Assembly (NCBI GenBank): GCA_002633005.1
Contig: NMRA01000358.1
Span: 124,001 to 188,000 of the forward strand
Reading direction: 5' to 3'
DNA length: 64,000 nucleotides
Origin: Phoronis australis
Taxonomy: Eukaryota > Animalia > Phoronida
Below, in pieces: positions 24,701 to 39,700 of this stretch (position 1 is its first letter; each line of letters opens with the position of its first letter). A model generated the notes under the pieces. It saw nothing but the letters and a program-made list of their open reading frames with translations, did no database searches and had not been told where the DNA came from. Made by a program: the position numbers and the translations under genes.

Positions 24701-27700
24701 CCCATTCATGAATGAAACATATGTGCCAAATTTCATGAGCATATGTCAAAGGGTTTTGGAGATAAAGCAGCGGACGCCGGACAGATGCCGCCCGGACGGA
24801 GATGACGGCATAATGCGTCCACATATAAACATGTGGGCGCATAAAAAAAAACAATTGCAGGCGGTCTGATACACGTTGTACCAGACATGCGCAGGCCTTG
24901 CATGTGGGCCCATTGCACTGATCAGCTGGAACTATTTTTATGCTTCTATCTTAGTTGAGAGTACGGTTTAAACTGCATTAACATGTCTGAGTCAGAGCAG
25001 CTCAGCATCACTTTACACATTAGTCTTGAACAAACCACACTTAATACAGTGCCCATGGACATCAGTTGCAATTTTTGACATGAAACCATACTGATTTCTA
25101 AACATTCATCAATGTGTAATCAATCATAATCGTGAATCTGAGTTTCCAAAACAAGAAAATGAAGATAATTTCTTTCATTACAACAGCACTTGCACCATGG
25201 ATCTGAACACAACACATAAATTTTAATGATTGATGGTGACTACAGAATGACTGATTAGTGATGACAATTGAGTGATTGATTGGTCTGTCAGTGATTGCCT
25301 TGCCTGCATTATGTGTCAACAAAAGAAACTCACAGATATGCTGTCAGGCCGTCGATTATGGATTGATTATTAACATCAGAATAAACAGCAAGTATTCGTA
25401 GGACAGAATTGTCTATGACTGAAAACCACTGTTTACACTGACAGTATGGTTATGGACATCATAACAGTTAAGTGCTGCGTAGTATTGAAGCTGCTCTATA
25501 TCACACTTTACCCTCCCTAACCACCATGTGTTGAAAATAATTCCTGATATATAATTGTCGTTAACCTTTGCTTACCATGAGGTCATGAATGCTGAATGGC
25601 TCTTCAAAGATGTATGCAGCATCAGCTCCACTGGCCATAGCACTCATACTGGCCAGGTAACCACAGTAACCACCCATAGTTTCCACGATGAATACTCTAC
25701 GCTTGGTGCCTGTGGCAGACTGTCGTATCTGATCACACACCTGTCAAAGTGAAAACTAAACTCTAGCAGAGGTAATAAGAGTTCAAGAGAAAGATGAGCA
25801 GCACTCATCAATTCACTCAAAGGTCCAGAATAATGTCTACATCCAATTTGATAAATTAATGTAAACATCAAGTACAATAAAACATCAAAATGACAGCATA
25901 TTTAACTGCAAGTGGATAATCGTCTTCTGCAGAACGAAGCATTCAGAGAATATTTTACTCAGCTAAAGTGGAATAGACATTATATCTGTGCTTTTTGTTA
26001 AAAAAACAAGTTTTGATTCAGGACACTTACCATTATCATGGGTTTTACCTTTAGTTGTTCCTTTCTTTGAAGAAGCAGTAAGTGACATAAATCAAAACTA
26101 ACCTTGTCTTTTTTTTCTACTCAGAAAGCATGCATTTAATTCTGGTTTGAACTGATGGCAAATGCATCTTAAATACACTGTTGAATGCCTGTTTTGAATT
26201 GAAGACTCTTAATAGGTAAGACAAAAAAGTGTCTGAGTACAAATAGATAATGAGAACAGAATACACGTACCTCTGTGATCTCATTAAGGGCAGAGTCAGT
26301 TCCTAAACTGAAGTCTGTTCCTGGTACATTGTTACTGATAGTACTGGGGATAACCACCATGGGAATGCAGAACTCTGGGTAATTGGCTCGCTGTTCATTC
26401 AGTTCTGTTATAGTCTCAAAGGCCTGAATTGACAATATAGTCAGTGATACTACAACCAACTGTACACTGAAGCATCATGTTGGAAAGGCAACATAACTAC
26501 TGAATGGAGGCACATTAGTCCAGACAATACATGATTAATGACATGACTCACTGGTTCACATGGCCAGTGACTATATCAATGAAGGAGTTAGAATACAACA
26601 CCTTGCGACCATGTGAACGTAATGTAACAGATGAGACACCACGAGTTTTTAAGGATTATTTTTGGTGAAAATGTTTCGCTGCAAATAATCGACTGTACTG
26701 TGATGATGAGCTAGGAAATAACAGTGTGATGCAAGATTTATATTTCCACAAGGAATGTCATCAGTGCAAAGGTCGTCTATCAGATTTATGTCTAAGTTTA
26801 GCAACTTCAGAAGATCTATCAGAAATGGCTGATAGAAAAAGTGAATTTGCCATTAAGGGGCACAGCGATATTCGGATCAGTTCGACCCTTGATAACGTTT
26901 GTTGTCAGCTCCATGGGAGCACATCTGTCAATTAAATTTCACAAAGCTCCTTTAACGGATTGAGATTACGCTGTAGATGCAAAACAAAATTACCAATAGA
27001 GGTCAACACAATAGTTCTATCCACCGGAAAGTCAAAAGTGAGTCAGCACCTTCCCATCAGGAACACATCTGCAAATTTTCATAATGATCCTTTAAGTGGT
27101 TTGGCACGAGGTGGACACCATTACTGGGCTAACACCAAGAGTTTGAAAAGGTTTACTTAGAAATCACTACCAAATGATCAGTTAGCTATCAATATCCCAC
27201 ACTAAGCAAGGACCAAAGATGTAAACCAGCCATATAGTAGCACTCTTACATTGGTCCCGCCCTGAGTTTACCTCAAATCCACCAATGACACAGAGTGCGT
27301 GAACATTGTAAGCTCTCAGCTGCGTGGCCAGTTTTTGGTATCCTATCTGATGTGGCAGAACCCTGCGCGTACCAAGCACTGAGCCTCCCAGGCGAGCCCA
27401 ACCTTGCACATCCATCCAGCCCATCCGGTCAAGCTGAAAATAGTAAAAAGAATCCATAATTAGTTAATTCCTGAGGGATATCTGGCTGCAATGTCATATT
27501 ACCTGAGATTACCATTTTGAAAGAAACAATTAGGCATCCACTACTTATATAACGAATTTGGTTCCCAGTCCACGCACACGTAGCCTTCTGAGTCAACTTA
27601 CTGACCTAGCTCTTTGCTAGTCAACACAGACCTCGTTTTCCGTCAGTCAACACAGACCTCGCTCTCTGCCAGTCATCACAGATCTAGCCCTCTGAGTCAT

Positions 27701-30700
27701 TAACACACTGGCCTAGCTCTCTGCTAGTTAACACACCTTGCCCTCTGCCAGTCAACACAGACCTGGCTCTCTGAGACAACACACTGACCTATGTCTCTGC
27801 TAGTCAACACAGACGTTACTCTCTGCCAATTAGTCAACACAGACCTTGTTTTCTGCCAGTCAAACAGACCTGGCTCTCTGGGTCATTACACTGGCCTAGC
27901 TCTCTGATAGTCAACACAGACCTTGCTTTCTGTCAGACAGCACAGACTATGCTCTCTACAGGCCTGTCTATTTGAGTCAATACAATGACCTAGCTAGCTC
28001 TCTGCTAGACAACACAGACCTTGCTTTCTGCCAGTCAACACAGACCTAGTCCTCTGGCAGTCAAAACAGACCTGGCCCTTTGAGTCAACACACTGAACTA
28101 GCTCTCTGCTAGTCAACACAGACCGTGCCTTCCACCAATCAACACATACCACCCTCTGCTAGTCAACAAAGATCTGACCCTCTCAGGCAAAATACTGACC
28201 TAGCTCTCAGCTAGTCAACACAGGCCTTGCCTTGCCAATCAACAACGACCTTGCTCTCTGCCACTCAACACAGACCTGGCCCTCTGAGGCAAAACACTGT
28301 GCTCTCTGCCAGTCAACACACTGACCTAGCTCTCTACTAGGCAAAACAGATCTTGCCCTCTGCCAGAGAGCACAGAATCTTATTCTCTCAGTGGACACAG
28401 ACCTTGCTCTTTACCAGCTGGCAATACAAACCTTGCCCTCTGCCAGCCAACTCAGACCTTATTCTCTTCCAGTCAACACACTGACCTTGCCCTCTGCCAA
28501 CACAAACCATGTCCTGCGCCAGGCAACACATACCTTGTACCGTGTCTGTCCACACATAACTAGCACTTAGCTAGTCAACATCCCCTAATTGCCCTCTGCC
28601 CACCCACACAGATTCTGACCTTTGCCAGTTCGCACATACCTTGCCCTCTGCCAGGCCACAAAGACTGTCCTGCACTCCAAGTATTGTGAAGCCTTCCATT
28701 AGACCCATCCTAGTAAATGAACGAGCAGCAGCATTGGCTCCACAAGAGGGCGCACCAACCATCACTACTGCCAGGTTGAATGGCCTCTGCAAAGTACAAT
28801 GAATACCAGGCTTATTTGACAGAAAAGGTTCTTGGTACACACAGAACATTTCTCAACTCTATTACAAAATAATATGAAACAAGATACACTCCTTTGCAAA
28901 TTCAAAATTTGTGAAATGTTAAACAGCAACTACATACAGAATTTGAAAATTACCTGCCCATTTTTGGCAAATGTTTCAGTTCACTAACTCATTAATGACA
29001 AAAGAAAGACAACAAAACAGTGACAATTAACTGATCACAGACACGATGATAAAGCAAGTGCATGCTGTAACACAGTATAGACAAGCACGGTGTCCCAGGA
29101 GACATCTTCAGCAGACACTATCAATATTAGTACACTACTATCAGGCATGCACATTTGATTGTGAGACCAACAGTTGGCCCAACGGTAGCAGCTGTAGTTG
29201 ACTTCATAACACAACGTGCACTTCGATTCGGAATAACGTCTATGACCAGGTCAAAATTTAAAGAACTTGCTATTCTTATCACTTTGATTTGAAAAACCGT
29301 GGGGTATTATAATGACATTAGGCTGCCTGCTTCACCAAAACAGAATCTATTTCACTTTTGGATGTGTCACCACGTTTTGTTTGAGCAGTTGAGAATCTGC
29401 ATATCATAAAGTTCAACAAACTAAAAGTAGTCAACTCCTCATATTTACCAAAATATTAAAATAACAGGTCTTATTGGCTACCTTTGTATCAAGTTATCAG
29501 CAATCAGCAGGCACTAGCGTTGTTGGACATTGCACAGGGTCTCCCTTAGGCGGAGGAAATTGAGCAGAGGTTCCCTTCTAACTAACAAGCCCAAGTTATG
29601 GTGGGGGTAGTACCACTAACATGGCATTCCTATCGGTTCAACTGCTGGATTGACATTGACACAAAACAAAATAATTGAAAATTGTACTAGGAGTCAATGT
29701 TCTATTCACAATCACAGAACAGCACTGAACGGCATGACCGCACAGGGATGTCCCCGTGCCTGGGTTCACACCCGCAATGTTACCATGACGACAACTGTTG
29801 GCTGTACTAAGGTCATAATCAGCAGTCGGTTGAAAATATCAATTTTTGGCACAGAAATCATCAAACTTTCATGTTCCTTGAACACATCATAACTCCCAAA
29901 CACACTATTTCACTCAGTCAGAGTTAAAAAAATCATGACACAAATTCCTCCAATTGTGGCGATCCCTAATTGAGTTTGACATTAGGAAGCCTAGTCTGTG
30001 CTTTCTTGGGCAGTAAGAAGATTATCACTTGGTTAGTTCATACTCCAGGCACACTCCAGGGCCTAATTCTTACTTTTGGTGGAGCATTAGATCACCCGTG
30101 AACTTTTTGAACCAGAGGGTCCTTACTTTTTAAGATTTGGCTGTCAAAAAAGACTGCGAAGCCACAAATCACTATCAGCTGAATTCAAATCAGGGCAGCT
30201 TCCAAACAAAATGTTATGGAGTTTTGGAGCAATTCACTGTTGCTGCCATTACAACTGACAAAAACCTGTATTTCTAGTATAATATAATTTATGATGGAAT
30301 ATTATCAAAATCATATTTTCAATGATCATAAATTTTCATAAAATATGTCAACCAGTGTCGATATTTTATTAAACATTTAATTACCACACGAATAAAGTTG
30401 AGTGTATATCAAATTTACTTTCAGAAGAATTAGCCTGGATACGATGGACACAGTGGTTATGTACCATATGGCAGGTGAAAAGCTACCATGATTTGAGACC
30501 ATTTTCAAGCAAGAGTTCCTGATGAAATTTATATTTTACTTTTATCGCTAACCCTACTTGGAACCTGGTTCATAAAATACTCAACAATCTTTGGAAGAAT
30601 AATGACTGTTTGTGACCATGATGTCGAAGTGTGCAGTGGTATTAAATTGATATTTTTATGATTTTTTGTGACCATGATGTAGTAGAGTGCAGTGGTGTCA

Positions 30701-33700
30701 AGTTTCAAGTATTATGACCGTTTGTGACCACAATGTAGTAGAGTGCAGTAGTGTCAAATTGTAAGTATTATGACTGTTTGTGACCACGATGTAGCAGAGT
30801 GCAGTGGTGTCAAGTTGCAAGTATTATGACTGCTTGTGACCACGATGTAGTAGAGTGCACTGGTGTCAAGTTTCAAGTATTATTTAACTGTTTGTGACCA
30901 CGATGTAGTAGTCTGAGAGTGCAGTGGTGTCAAATTGTAAGTATTATGACTGTTTGTGACTACGATGTAGTAGAGTGCAGTGGTGTCAAGTTGCAAGTAT
31001 TATTTAACTGTTTGTGACCGCGATGTAGTAGAGTGCAGTGGTGTCAAGTTGAAAGTATTATTGACTGTCTATGACCACAATGTAGTAGAGTACAGCGGTG
31101 TCACCTTATTGCACATTTCCCCAAGGGCAAAACAATCCGTCATATTGTTATTGATTACATGCTTAAAATTGTAAGGTGTTTGCAAGACAATAGAGCAACA
31201 GAGAAGCAAAGTACTACAGTTCGTGGTACATGTACTCTTGCTGTAAAGCACTTCAGAGACACCAACACACAAATACAGTCATTTTAAGAGTCACGCTGTA
31301 CTCACAACATGCACCGACTATATCACTCTATTCAAATAACAGATAAAATGAATAAACCAAATGTTCCATTGGTCCCTATTCAGCTGAGCTTACCTTGCCT
31401 TCTGCTGACAAATACTGCATTAAAGAAACAATTAAAATTACTCCACTGTACACCAGACACACACCCATTACTCGTTCCTTCTCCAGAAACCAGCGCTTTC
31501 CAAAGTAAGCTATCAATCTAGTGCATTGTTAAGAGTCTTTTGTCCCGCATCACCACTTGTAGGCCATCGACGAAAGGTGAATACATCTGTACCGCTTGAA
31601 ATACTACCGGGTAAAAACCAAATCCCATTTCTGGCTACTTTTTATCATATTTCTTCCGGGAACATCATGATAACCTAACTATTCAGAACAAATTCAATTT
31701 CATAAAGTGAAACTTTTAAGGATGGATAGTTTCAATATACAATAACTATTCAGTAAGTGTGTTAATTGACCTGCTCCAGACAAAAGGAAATTAGTTCAGC
31801 CCTAGCCACAAGGAAAATTGATGATGCCAGGGGTTATTGGTTTTTGTACAAATCTAGACTATTTGTAGGAAGTCGGAAGGTGCCTCACAAAGTCGCCAGA
31901 GATCCAGGTGAAAAATTGGAAATTCTATTTTACTTTTCAATTGCGTGCAAATTTCAGGATTTCATGAGTCATATAATAACAGTTTGCTTGTTACAACCAC
32001 TAGCAATTTCAAATGATTTTTGCAGGTTAAAACAGACGTTGGTGGTCGACCTTTGCCACCAACTGAGGATGATGTCCGTCATAGCTTTTTCCCTGTTTAA
32101 TTTCAGTTATTAAATTTCAATATCTTTGACATTTGTCAGAATATCCTTACTGTATAGCAAATTTACTTATTAATAATCATTCTGATGCTGCATCCTCATC
32201 GTTATCTCTCCTGTTTTCCAAGGTTAAGTACTCCTAGTTAAACATGCTTGGCACAGGCGAATGGACGGCTTTGCAATTCAATCATTCTTGAATAAATTCT
32301 ACAAGAGCAACGCGGAGCATTGAAATGCGTCCACGAATACATCCCAAATGGTGTGCTTTTAGGGGTTTTGTTTGCACCATCGAATGGCCACTCGATGGTG
32401 CAAAATACATAGAATCCGTCTGAAAACCACAAAATGTTGTTGTTTCTTTAAAAGAAAGCCACTGAACAAATTTCATTAAAATTCGTCAAGGAACTTCAGA
32501 GAAACAGAGGAAAACAAAAAAAAATGAAATTGCCACTAGAGGGGCACAGTGTTTGTCGGTTCCGTCTAAAAGTCATCGTCTTCTCTTGTTAACTTCATAA
32601 AAATACACGTGCTAAATTTAATAAAGATCCAGCAGAGGGCTTAGGAGATACAGGTATGGGAGCAAAAAAAACAAAACCGCCACTAGGAGGCACCACANAT
32701 ACGGGAGGATAGCGTCATCTCACTAATAGATGTCTATGTGCCAAATTTTATGAAATCCGTTGAGGACCTTTGAAGATACGAGATAAATGTAAAAAACTAA
32801 AACTGCCACAAGGGAGCACACCGGTACACCAATCTGTCCGAAAGTCGGCGTCATCCATTGTCACCTTATATAAATATATTTGCTAAATTTAATAAAGATC
32901 CTGTAGAGCGTTTAGGAGATACAGCCATGGGCACAAAAAAAACAAAACTGCCACTAGGAGGCGCCACAGTACTTGAAGTCGTCGGAAAATCATCGCCATC
33001 AATCTTCCTCAGAGTAAGGACATACATGCCAATTTTCACAATCATCCTTAAAGTGGTTTGGTTGTTAGAGGAGCGGACACAAAAAAACAACTCGAAAACA
33101 GTATAAATGGGCACTAGATGGCGCAAAATGCCTCGAATCCATCTGAAAACAGGAGGATAGCCTCAACTCATTAATAAATGCCTATGTACTTAATTTCAAG
33201 AAAATCGGTTGAGGGCCTTTGAAGATACAGTGGCAAATGTAAACAATTAAAATTGCCACTAGGGGGCACAGTGGTATTTGGGTCGGTCCAAAACTCGTTG
33301 CCCTGTCGTCAACCCCATAGGAACACACTTGCCAAATTTCAATAACAGAGTTTAGGAGATACAGCCGCGGACGCCGGACGCCCAGACAGAGACGACGGCA
33401 ATATGCGGCCACATAAAATTATAAATATGTGGGCGCATAAAAATGATGGCACATCATTCGGCTCCAGATCATGACAAACACATATTTTTGTGGAATTTTT
33501 GCCAACAGATGTCACCAGGAATACCCTGTAGGTACTGATTGACTTTCATGTAACATGATTGTTTGAACACCCTGATAACCATGTCCAACCAGATCTTTAA
33601 GTATAAGAAAGTCACTTTGAATAAAACCAGGAAGTAACCAATTCTTTGCAAAGCACAACTGTTGACAACATGTACACAAACACAAAGTGATTAATGTACA

Positions 33701-36700
33701 GTGGTTCTTGAGAATGTCAGTGATGGCTTAAAGTCCCAATTAGGGCTAATTAGGTCAAGATGACAGAGAATGAAAAACAGGCATCAAGAAACACTGATCA
33801 AAAGAAATCGTGTTGTAATGATGTTGAACACATCTTGGGTATGAAAGGCTGATTAAATCTTCATTGAATTGACATTTAGTAGTGCTGATGTTTAATAAGC
33901 ATCCAATTTTGATATCTAATAAAGTTCCATGTACAACCAATTTACAACTCGCATGCCGACATCATGTCAACGTTGAAAACAACTTGTAATTCTTGCAGCA
34001 ATGAACAAAGCGAGGAGGCACTACAATTGGGCTCCAAAGTTTTTTATTGATTCAAGTATTAGCTGGTATATAAAACAGTGTAGGCACCTGGCTCCAGTAT
34101 GCACTAGATATCAACAAATAACGTCTCCATCGATTCTTTAGAATGCTAGTATCTGGCTCCACTATACACTATAGAAAAACATCTCTATCTTTGCATGCTC
34201 CACTACACACATCTTTATATGCTACTATGTGGCTTCACTGCACACTAGATATCAACAAACATCTGAATCAGCAGAATGCTACTATCTGGCCCCTCTACAC
34301 ACTAGATGTCAGCTCTATCTTCAGATGCCAATATTTGTCTGCACTACAACTTAATACAAGCAAACAGCTTTATGCTACTGCCTGGTGTGGACAGTGAACT
34401 CTGATCAACTCACCGGGCAGTTCTCCCCAGTCATATCAAAGCCGTCTGCAGCTGGGGTGAGGCGGGCAAAGAGTCTGTATGTCTCTAAGTTGGCCATGAA
34501 ACCTCTGCCAAAGCACAAGACAATGACCACTAATTACATACAGTCTACAGCATTCAAGACTACACACCCTCTGGAACTAATACAGACAGTAAAATAAACA
34601 CAAATTAAATGAAATTTTGAAAGTTTTGTGTGATATAATTAATGGCTTAGTGAGCGTTATCCTGATAACACAAACAACACAACAACAAAAAAGAAATTAT
34701 ACAGAATATAAAAGCACAGAACTAGGCAAGTAAGGAATAGATCATCCGTCCACACTACAAGACTGAGACATTGGGTCACTTAAAGGTTACAACATACGAC
34801 TCAGTGAGGCAAAGGCCGCAGTAAACGCCGCAGTCAGAGAGTGCGTCAAAGGTGACAGTACACGACTCAGTGACACAATCAGTAAAAGGTCATAGTTATA
34901 CAGTGAGACAGTGAGTTAAAGGTCCCAATACAAGACTCAGTGAGACAGTGAGTCAATTAAGGTAATATTAATTTACAAGAAACAGTGAGAAAATGAGTCA
35001 AAGGTCACTGTACAAGACGCAGTGAGACAATGAGTCAAAGGCTATAGTACAGGATGGAGTGAGATAGTGAGTTAAAGTACAAGATTCAGTGAGACAGTGA
35101 GTCAAAGGTCACAGTACAGGAGGCAGTGATATAGTGAATTAAAGGTCAATGTCATAGTACAAGACTCAGTTTACACAGTGAGTGAAAGATCATAATACAA
35201 GACACAGTCACTGTGATATGGTGAGCCAAAAATCATACAACAAGACGCAGTGAGACAGCAAGTCAAAGGTCAAAGTACAGGACCCAGTGAGGCAGTGAGC
35301 CAAATGTCATAGTACAAGATTCGTTGAGACAGTGAGCCAAAGGTCACAGTACAGGACTCAGTGAGACAGTGAGTCAAAGGTCATAGGAAAAGACTCAGTG
35401 AGACAGTGAGTCAAAGGTCATAGGAAAAGACTCAGTGAGACAGTGAGTCAAAGGTTACAGTTCAGGATGTAGCGAGACGAGTCAAAGGTCATACTAGAAG
35501 ATAAGTAAGCCATTGAGTCATTATCAGGTCACAATACTTGTTTAAGAGAAACTTTACCTGCCACGTTCCTTGACTGCTTGATCAAACTTGCCCTCAGCCA
35601 TGGCACGTGCTACAGACTTGGTCTTCTCTACACACTGCATGAGGTTGACTCGCACTGCCTGGTTACCACTGAGAGAGATGACACAAGCTGGTGTGTCCTC
35701 TGTAGCCTCCATTAGGGCCAGTACAGCTTCAGCACCCATCCTGCAACCCTGTCAACAACACAGTTTATCAGTCACAGACACACTACACATCAAAATAACT
35801 TCACATCCATATAAAATAAGAAAAACGGACACTGCTTCCACTTTTTAAAAACAAAGCAAAGCTTACTTGATAAGCACTGCAACTTTAGAGTGTCATAGTT
35901 ACCAGAATCCTGTCAAACGCTGAAGGGCTGCCCCCTCTCTGTACATGGCCCAGGACGGTGCATCTGGTGTCATACTTGAGGCGAGTCTTGATCAAGTTCA
36001 TCACATGATCTGCCTTGATGTCTTTGCCACTCGAGTCCATTGCTCCTTCAGCTACTATTATGATGTTCAATCTCTGACCATATTTGCGCTCCTTTAAGTG
36101 GTAATAAGACATTCATTTACACCTTTGTTATCTTCCAATGAATGTTTCTGCTTGAATTTTAAGTACTTTCAGGAACGCCACACCGTATAAAGTACGGTTT
36201 AAGCGTAACTAAATAGAAATATTAACGACATTTTCGTTACACCCTTCCACATAGTATCAAAACAGATTATAGAACATTAATTAAGGCAAAGAGCTTAATA
36301 AGCATGCCTGAAATCAAAGTGACACTTACTGTGGCTAGTTTTTGACAGAGAAGGTCTTCCCAGTTGGGTTCAGGAGGAGCTTCAGGAATGAACACCCAGT
36401 CTGCCTCACATGCCATGGCAGCCACAAGGGCCAGGTACCTGTAAGATGAGGGATCATTGTTACCACTGCAGGTCACGGCAGTCACTAGGTATCTATAATG
36501 AGTTTCTAGTGTTATCACTGCAGGAACAACAGTTCACTAGAGACAGATGCCTCTATTATGAGAGACCAATGTAAACACTGCAAGTCCTAGCACTCACTAG
36601 GGACAGGTATCTCCAACATGAGAGGCCAGTGTTAACACTGCAGGTCATGACAGTCACAAGGGCAAGATACCTTCAACATGAGAATCCAACACTATAATTC

Positions 36701-39700
36701 ACGACAGTCCATATAGGGTCAGGTACCTTCAACATGAGAGACCAGTGTTAACACTGCAGGTCATAGCAAGAGATAAAAAGCTTCAAAATACTTTGTGTCG
36801 AAGCCCAGTCTCAGGCAACTATGCTCCTTCTTTCATGACACACAATTCTGACAGGCTTGCCTGTCACAAAACAGAAATAACAAGGATAAGTTGAAAAATA
36901 AAAATTTAAATTTTGTGGTTGCATAGAAAGAGAGTTATTGCGGCTGGCCATGGTTTCTGTTACAGAATTTGATTTCCCTCAAATCGCCCACAATGACAAC
37001 TTTGACACCATTATTTTCTGAATAAATTATGAAAATGTGCCTTCATCGTGACGTGAAAAAAACAGGTTTTGCAGTAGCCCGAGCATGGGTGTTCAATCTA
37101 AAGTTTTTAAAATAGAGGAGGGTGGTTGTTGAGTCAAACAGTGGGCATGTTTTTAATAGCTGGGGGTCGGCTCTCACGTGCCAAGCATGGCCACTATCCA
37201 GAACTTTTATAGTAGAATATCAAGGATTTCCCTGTTATACAGCAGAATACAAAGGGTTCCCTGTTATTAAATACAATAGAATTTCATGTCAAATAACTGT
37301 TTAATATGGAAAACAATATATTGCATTTCCATCTTATGTAAAAGCAATATACTCAAGACGATACATTTTGCCAATCAATAATATCTGGTTGGATCCCACA
37401 CCCATTATCTTGTCAATTTATTCTGACAGGGTATACACCAGCCTCTTTAGGAATTTCCAAATACTGTAAAGTTGCAAAACTTCACTCAGACTACTACCAC
37501 CAAACTGCAGTCACACTGTCACTGGTGCTGAACCAGCTTAGGCTTCATTTAAATCCTAAGATCAACCTGTTCCAATGCTCCACAATCTTGTACTTCCTTC
37601 CAACACCAGGCTCATTATGTACGGTCAGCTTATCGGTGTCATTGACTTTGGAAGCAAATAACTGGTGCCTTGGGTCAGCGTCATGACTACTTTGATTGAA
37701 AGTAGATGGAGCCACACAAATGATAAAGCAAATATCAATTTCAAAATCAAGCCCCCTTGCCCTCATTGTTACTCTCGTTGAACGGCATTACAATATAAGA
37801 CTTCACGTGCTATTTAGCTATTTAGCAATTTGACGTGATTGGAAAACTTGAGATGCATAGTCGGAGAAAGTCATGTTCTCAATAAAGTGTCACAGAGTAG
37901 ACACCGTTATTGCTATACTCTTGTGCATTGTGTACATCAACCAGCACATGGAGCTGGCACGAAGAGACGAAAGTTCACTTACCCACAATGTCGTCCCATC
38001 ACTTCCAATACAAAGGCCCTCTGGTGGCTGAAAACAATAATATTATAAACTATGAGCAAAAACAAAGAGTACAAAACACAAAAGTATGCAAGTGATATAT
38101 TTAATAATTGACATAAAAATGAGAAATCCATATTAATTACATCACAGTAACAATGTTTAACCACAGAACAAATATGACTAAAACCCCAGTTTACAGTTTT
38201 GGCCCTTGATGATAATGGCGTAGCATGTCAATCCCAGGCAACATTACCCGAGCTCATGACCGCGACCTAATTTCATGCTGACCCAAGACAACATACTTAC
38301 CAGGACCTGGTGACAGTGACTGGGACAGTTTACTGACAGATTTACTAACATGTTAACCACATATAACTTAACCTGGCAGCAGTGACTGAGATAGTGTCGA
38401 GCAATTTAATAACAAGATGCTATCCCTAGCTAACAATTACTGGTGGCAGTGATTGAGATGGCGTCGACCAAATTAATAACGTGCATATCCCTAGGTAATC
38501 ATATACCTGGTGGCAGTGACTGAGATGGCATCAACTGATTCAATAATTCTATGCAGCGCAGAATCAACACCAATGGTCATGTCTGTGCCACAGAAGTCGT
38601 TATCAATAGAGCCGACCATTCCCACAATGTTGAGAGAAGCACACTTTTCAGCCTTGGCCTCTGTGATACAGCCTGCAACAGTCACCAAGGCAAAGGATAT
38701 GTATCACACCAGACAATAATACGTGAATGACGCCATCCGCTTTCAATCCAAAAAATTCAAAATGAGTAAAACATAAGAAACATTTTAAAATAAAACATTT
38801 AAAAGGTTTGAGTTAATATAAATTATGAAACGGTGAATGGTCTTGACCAGTTTCTAAAAGAAATAAGAAAGAATGATGAAACCAAGTGCATTCTGGATTA
38901 CCCACATTGGCGTTTATCGTTCATTACTTTATCTCCAACAAAACATTTGCACACTAAAGAGGCATGTACACAAAAGTCAATAAAAGCTGTAGAGCTTCAT
39001 CATCACCTTCAATTCTCCCCTTCACCATTACTTGTTGTGTGCAATATGGTTACAACAAATTAGTAATCTCAACCAATAGGAAAACCTGTTTCAACTCTAG
39101 ACAATAGCGGCCTCCAAATCAAGGCCAAATCCAGATATCAAATGAATCCCTGTTCATTGTTAAGTATTCTGGTAGTCCTTTGTCTGCACTTATGACTCAC
39201 AAGGCAATTATCCACTACCACAACACAAATGAACTACTTTAGCCAATGGGTACCAGAGAACCCAAAATTAACGCATCTATCATCCTGGCTCGTTTTTATC
39301 TATTTCTTCCTAACCTAACATTTTAGAGGAATTCAACTTCTTGAGACAAACAGTTATGTTACTGCAGTTATAGGATCCAGTGGGCAGTCTACATGGCAAT
39401 ATTGGTGTTCATGTAACATGAAGTCATGAAGCAGATCGCAAAAACACAACTGCATAAACAACATGGCCATTTTAATTAAAGAGTACATCTGAGAGACACT
39501 AGACAATATTACTTTCAGTCTGTATCACTGGCATCAATGCACACAGTTTGCACATGCACAACTTAATGGTAAGGACAAAAATAAACTTATTCGTCATTTA
39601 TCACTCAAGAGACATAACATGAGTTTAGAATGGCCTTTAAAATCAAATGACATGTTTTTCTCTAAATCACGCCATTGAGACACCATGAAGACAATAAAAG

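Noticed and set aside
21608-35535. Regular arrays (21608, 27590, 30601, 34755) as CRISPR arrays
   Set aside because: The units are contiguous with no unique spacers, there are no cas genes, and the context is eukaryotic introns.
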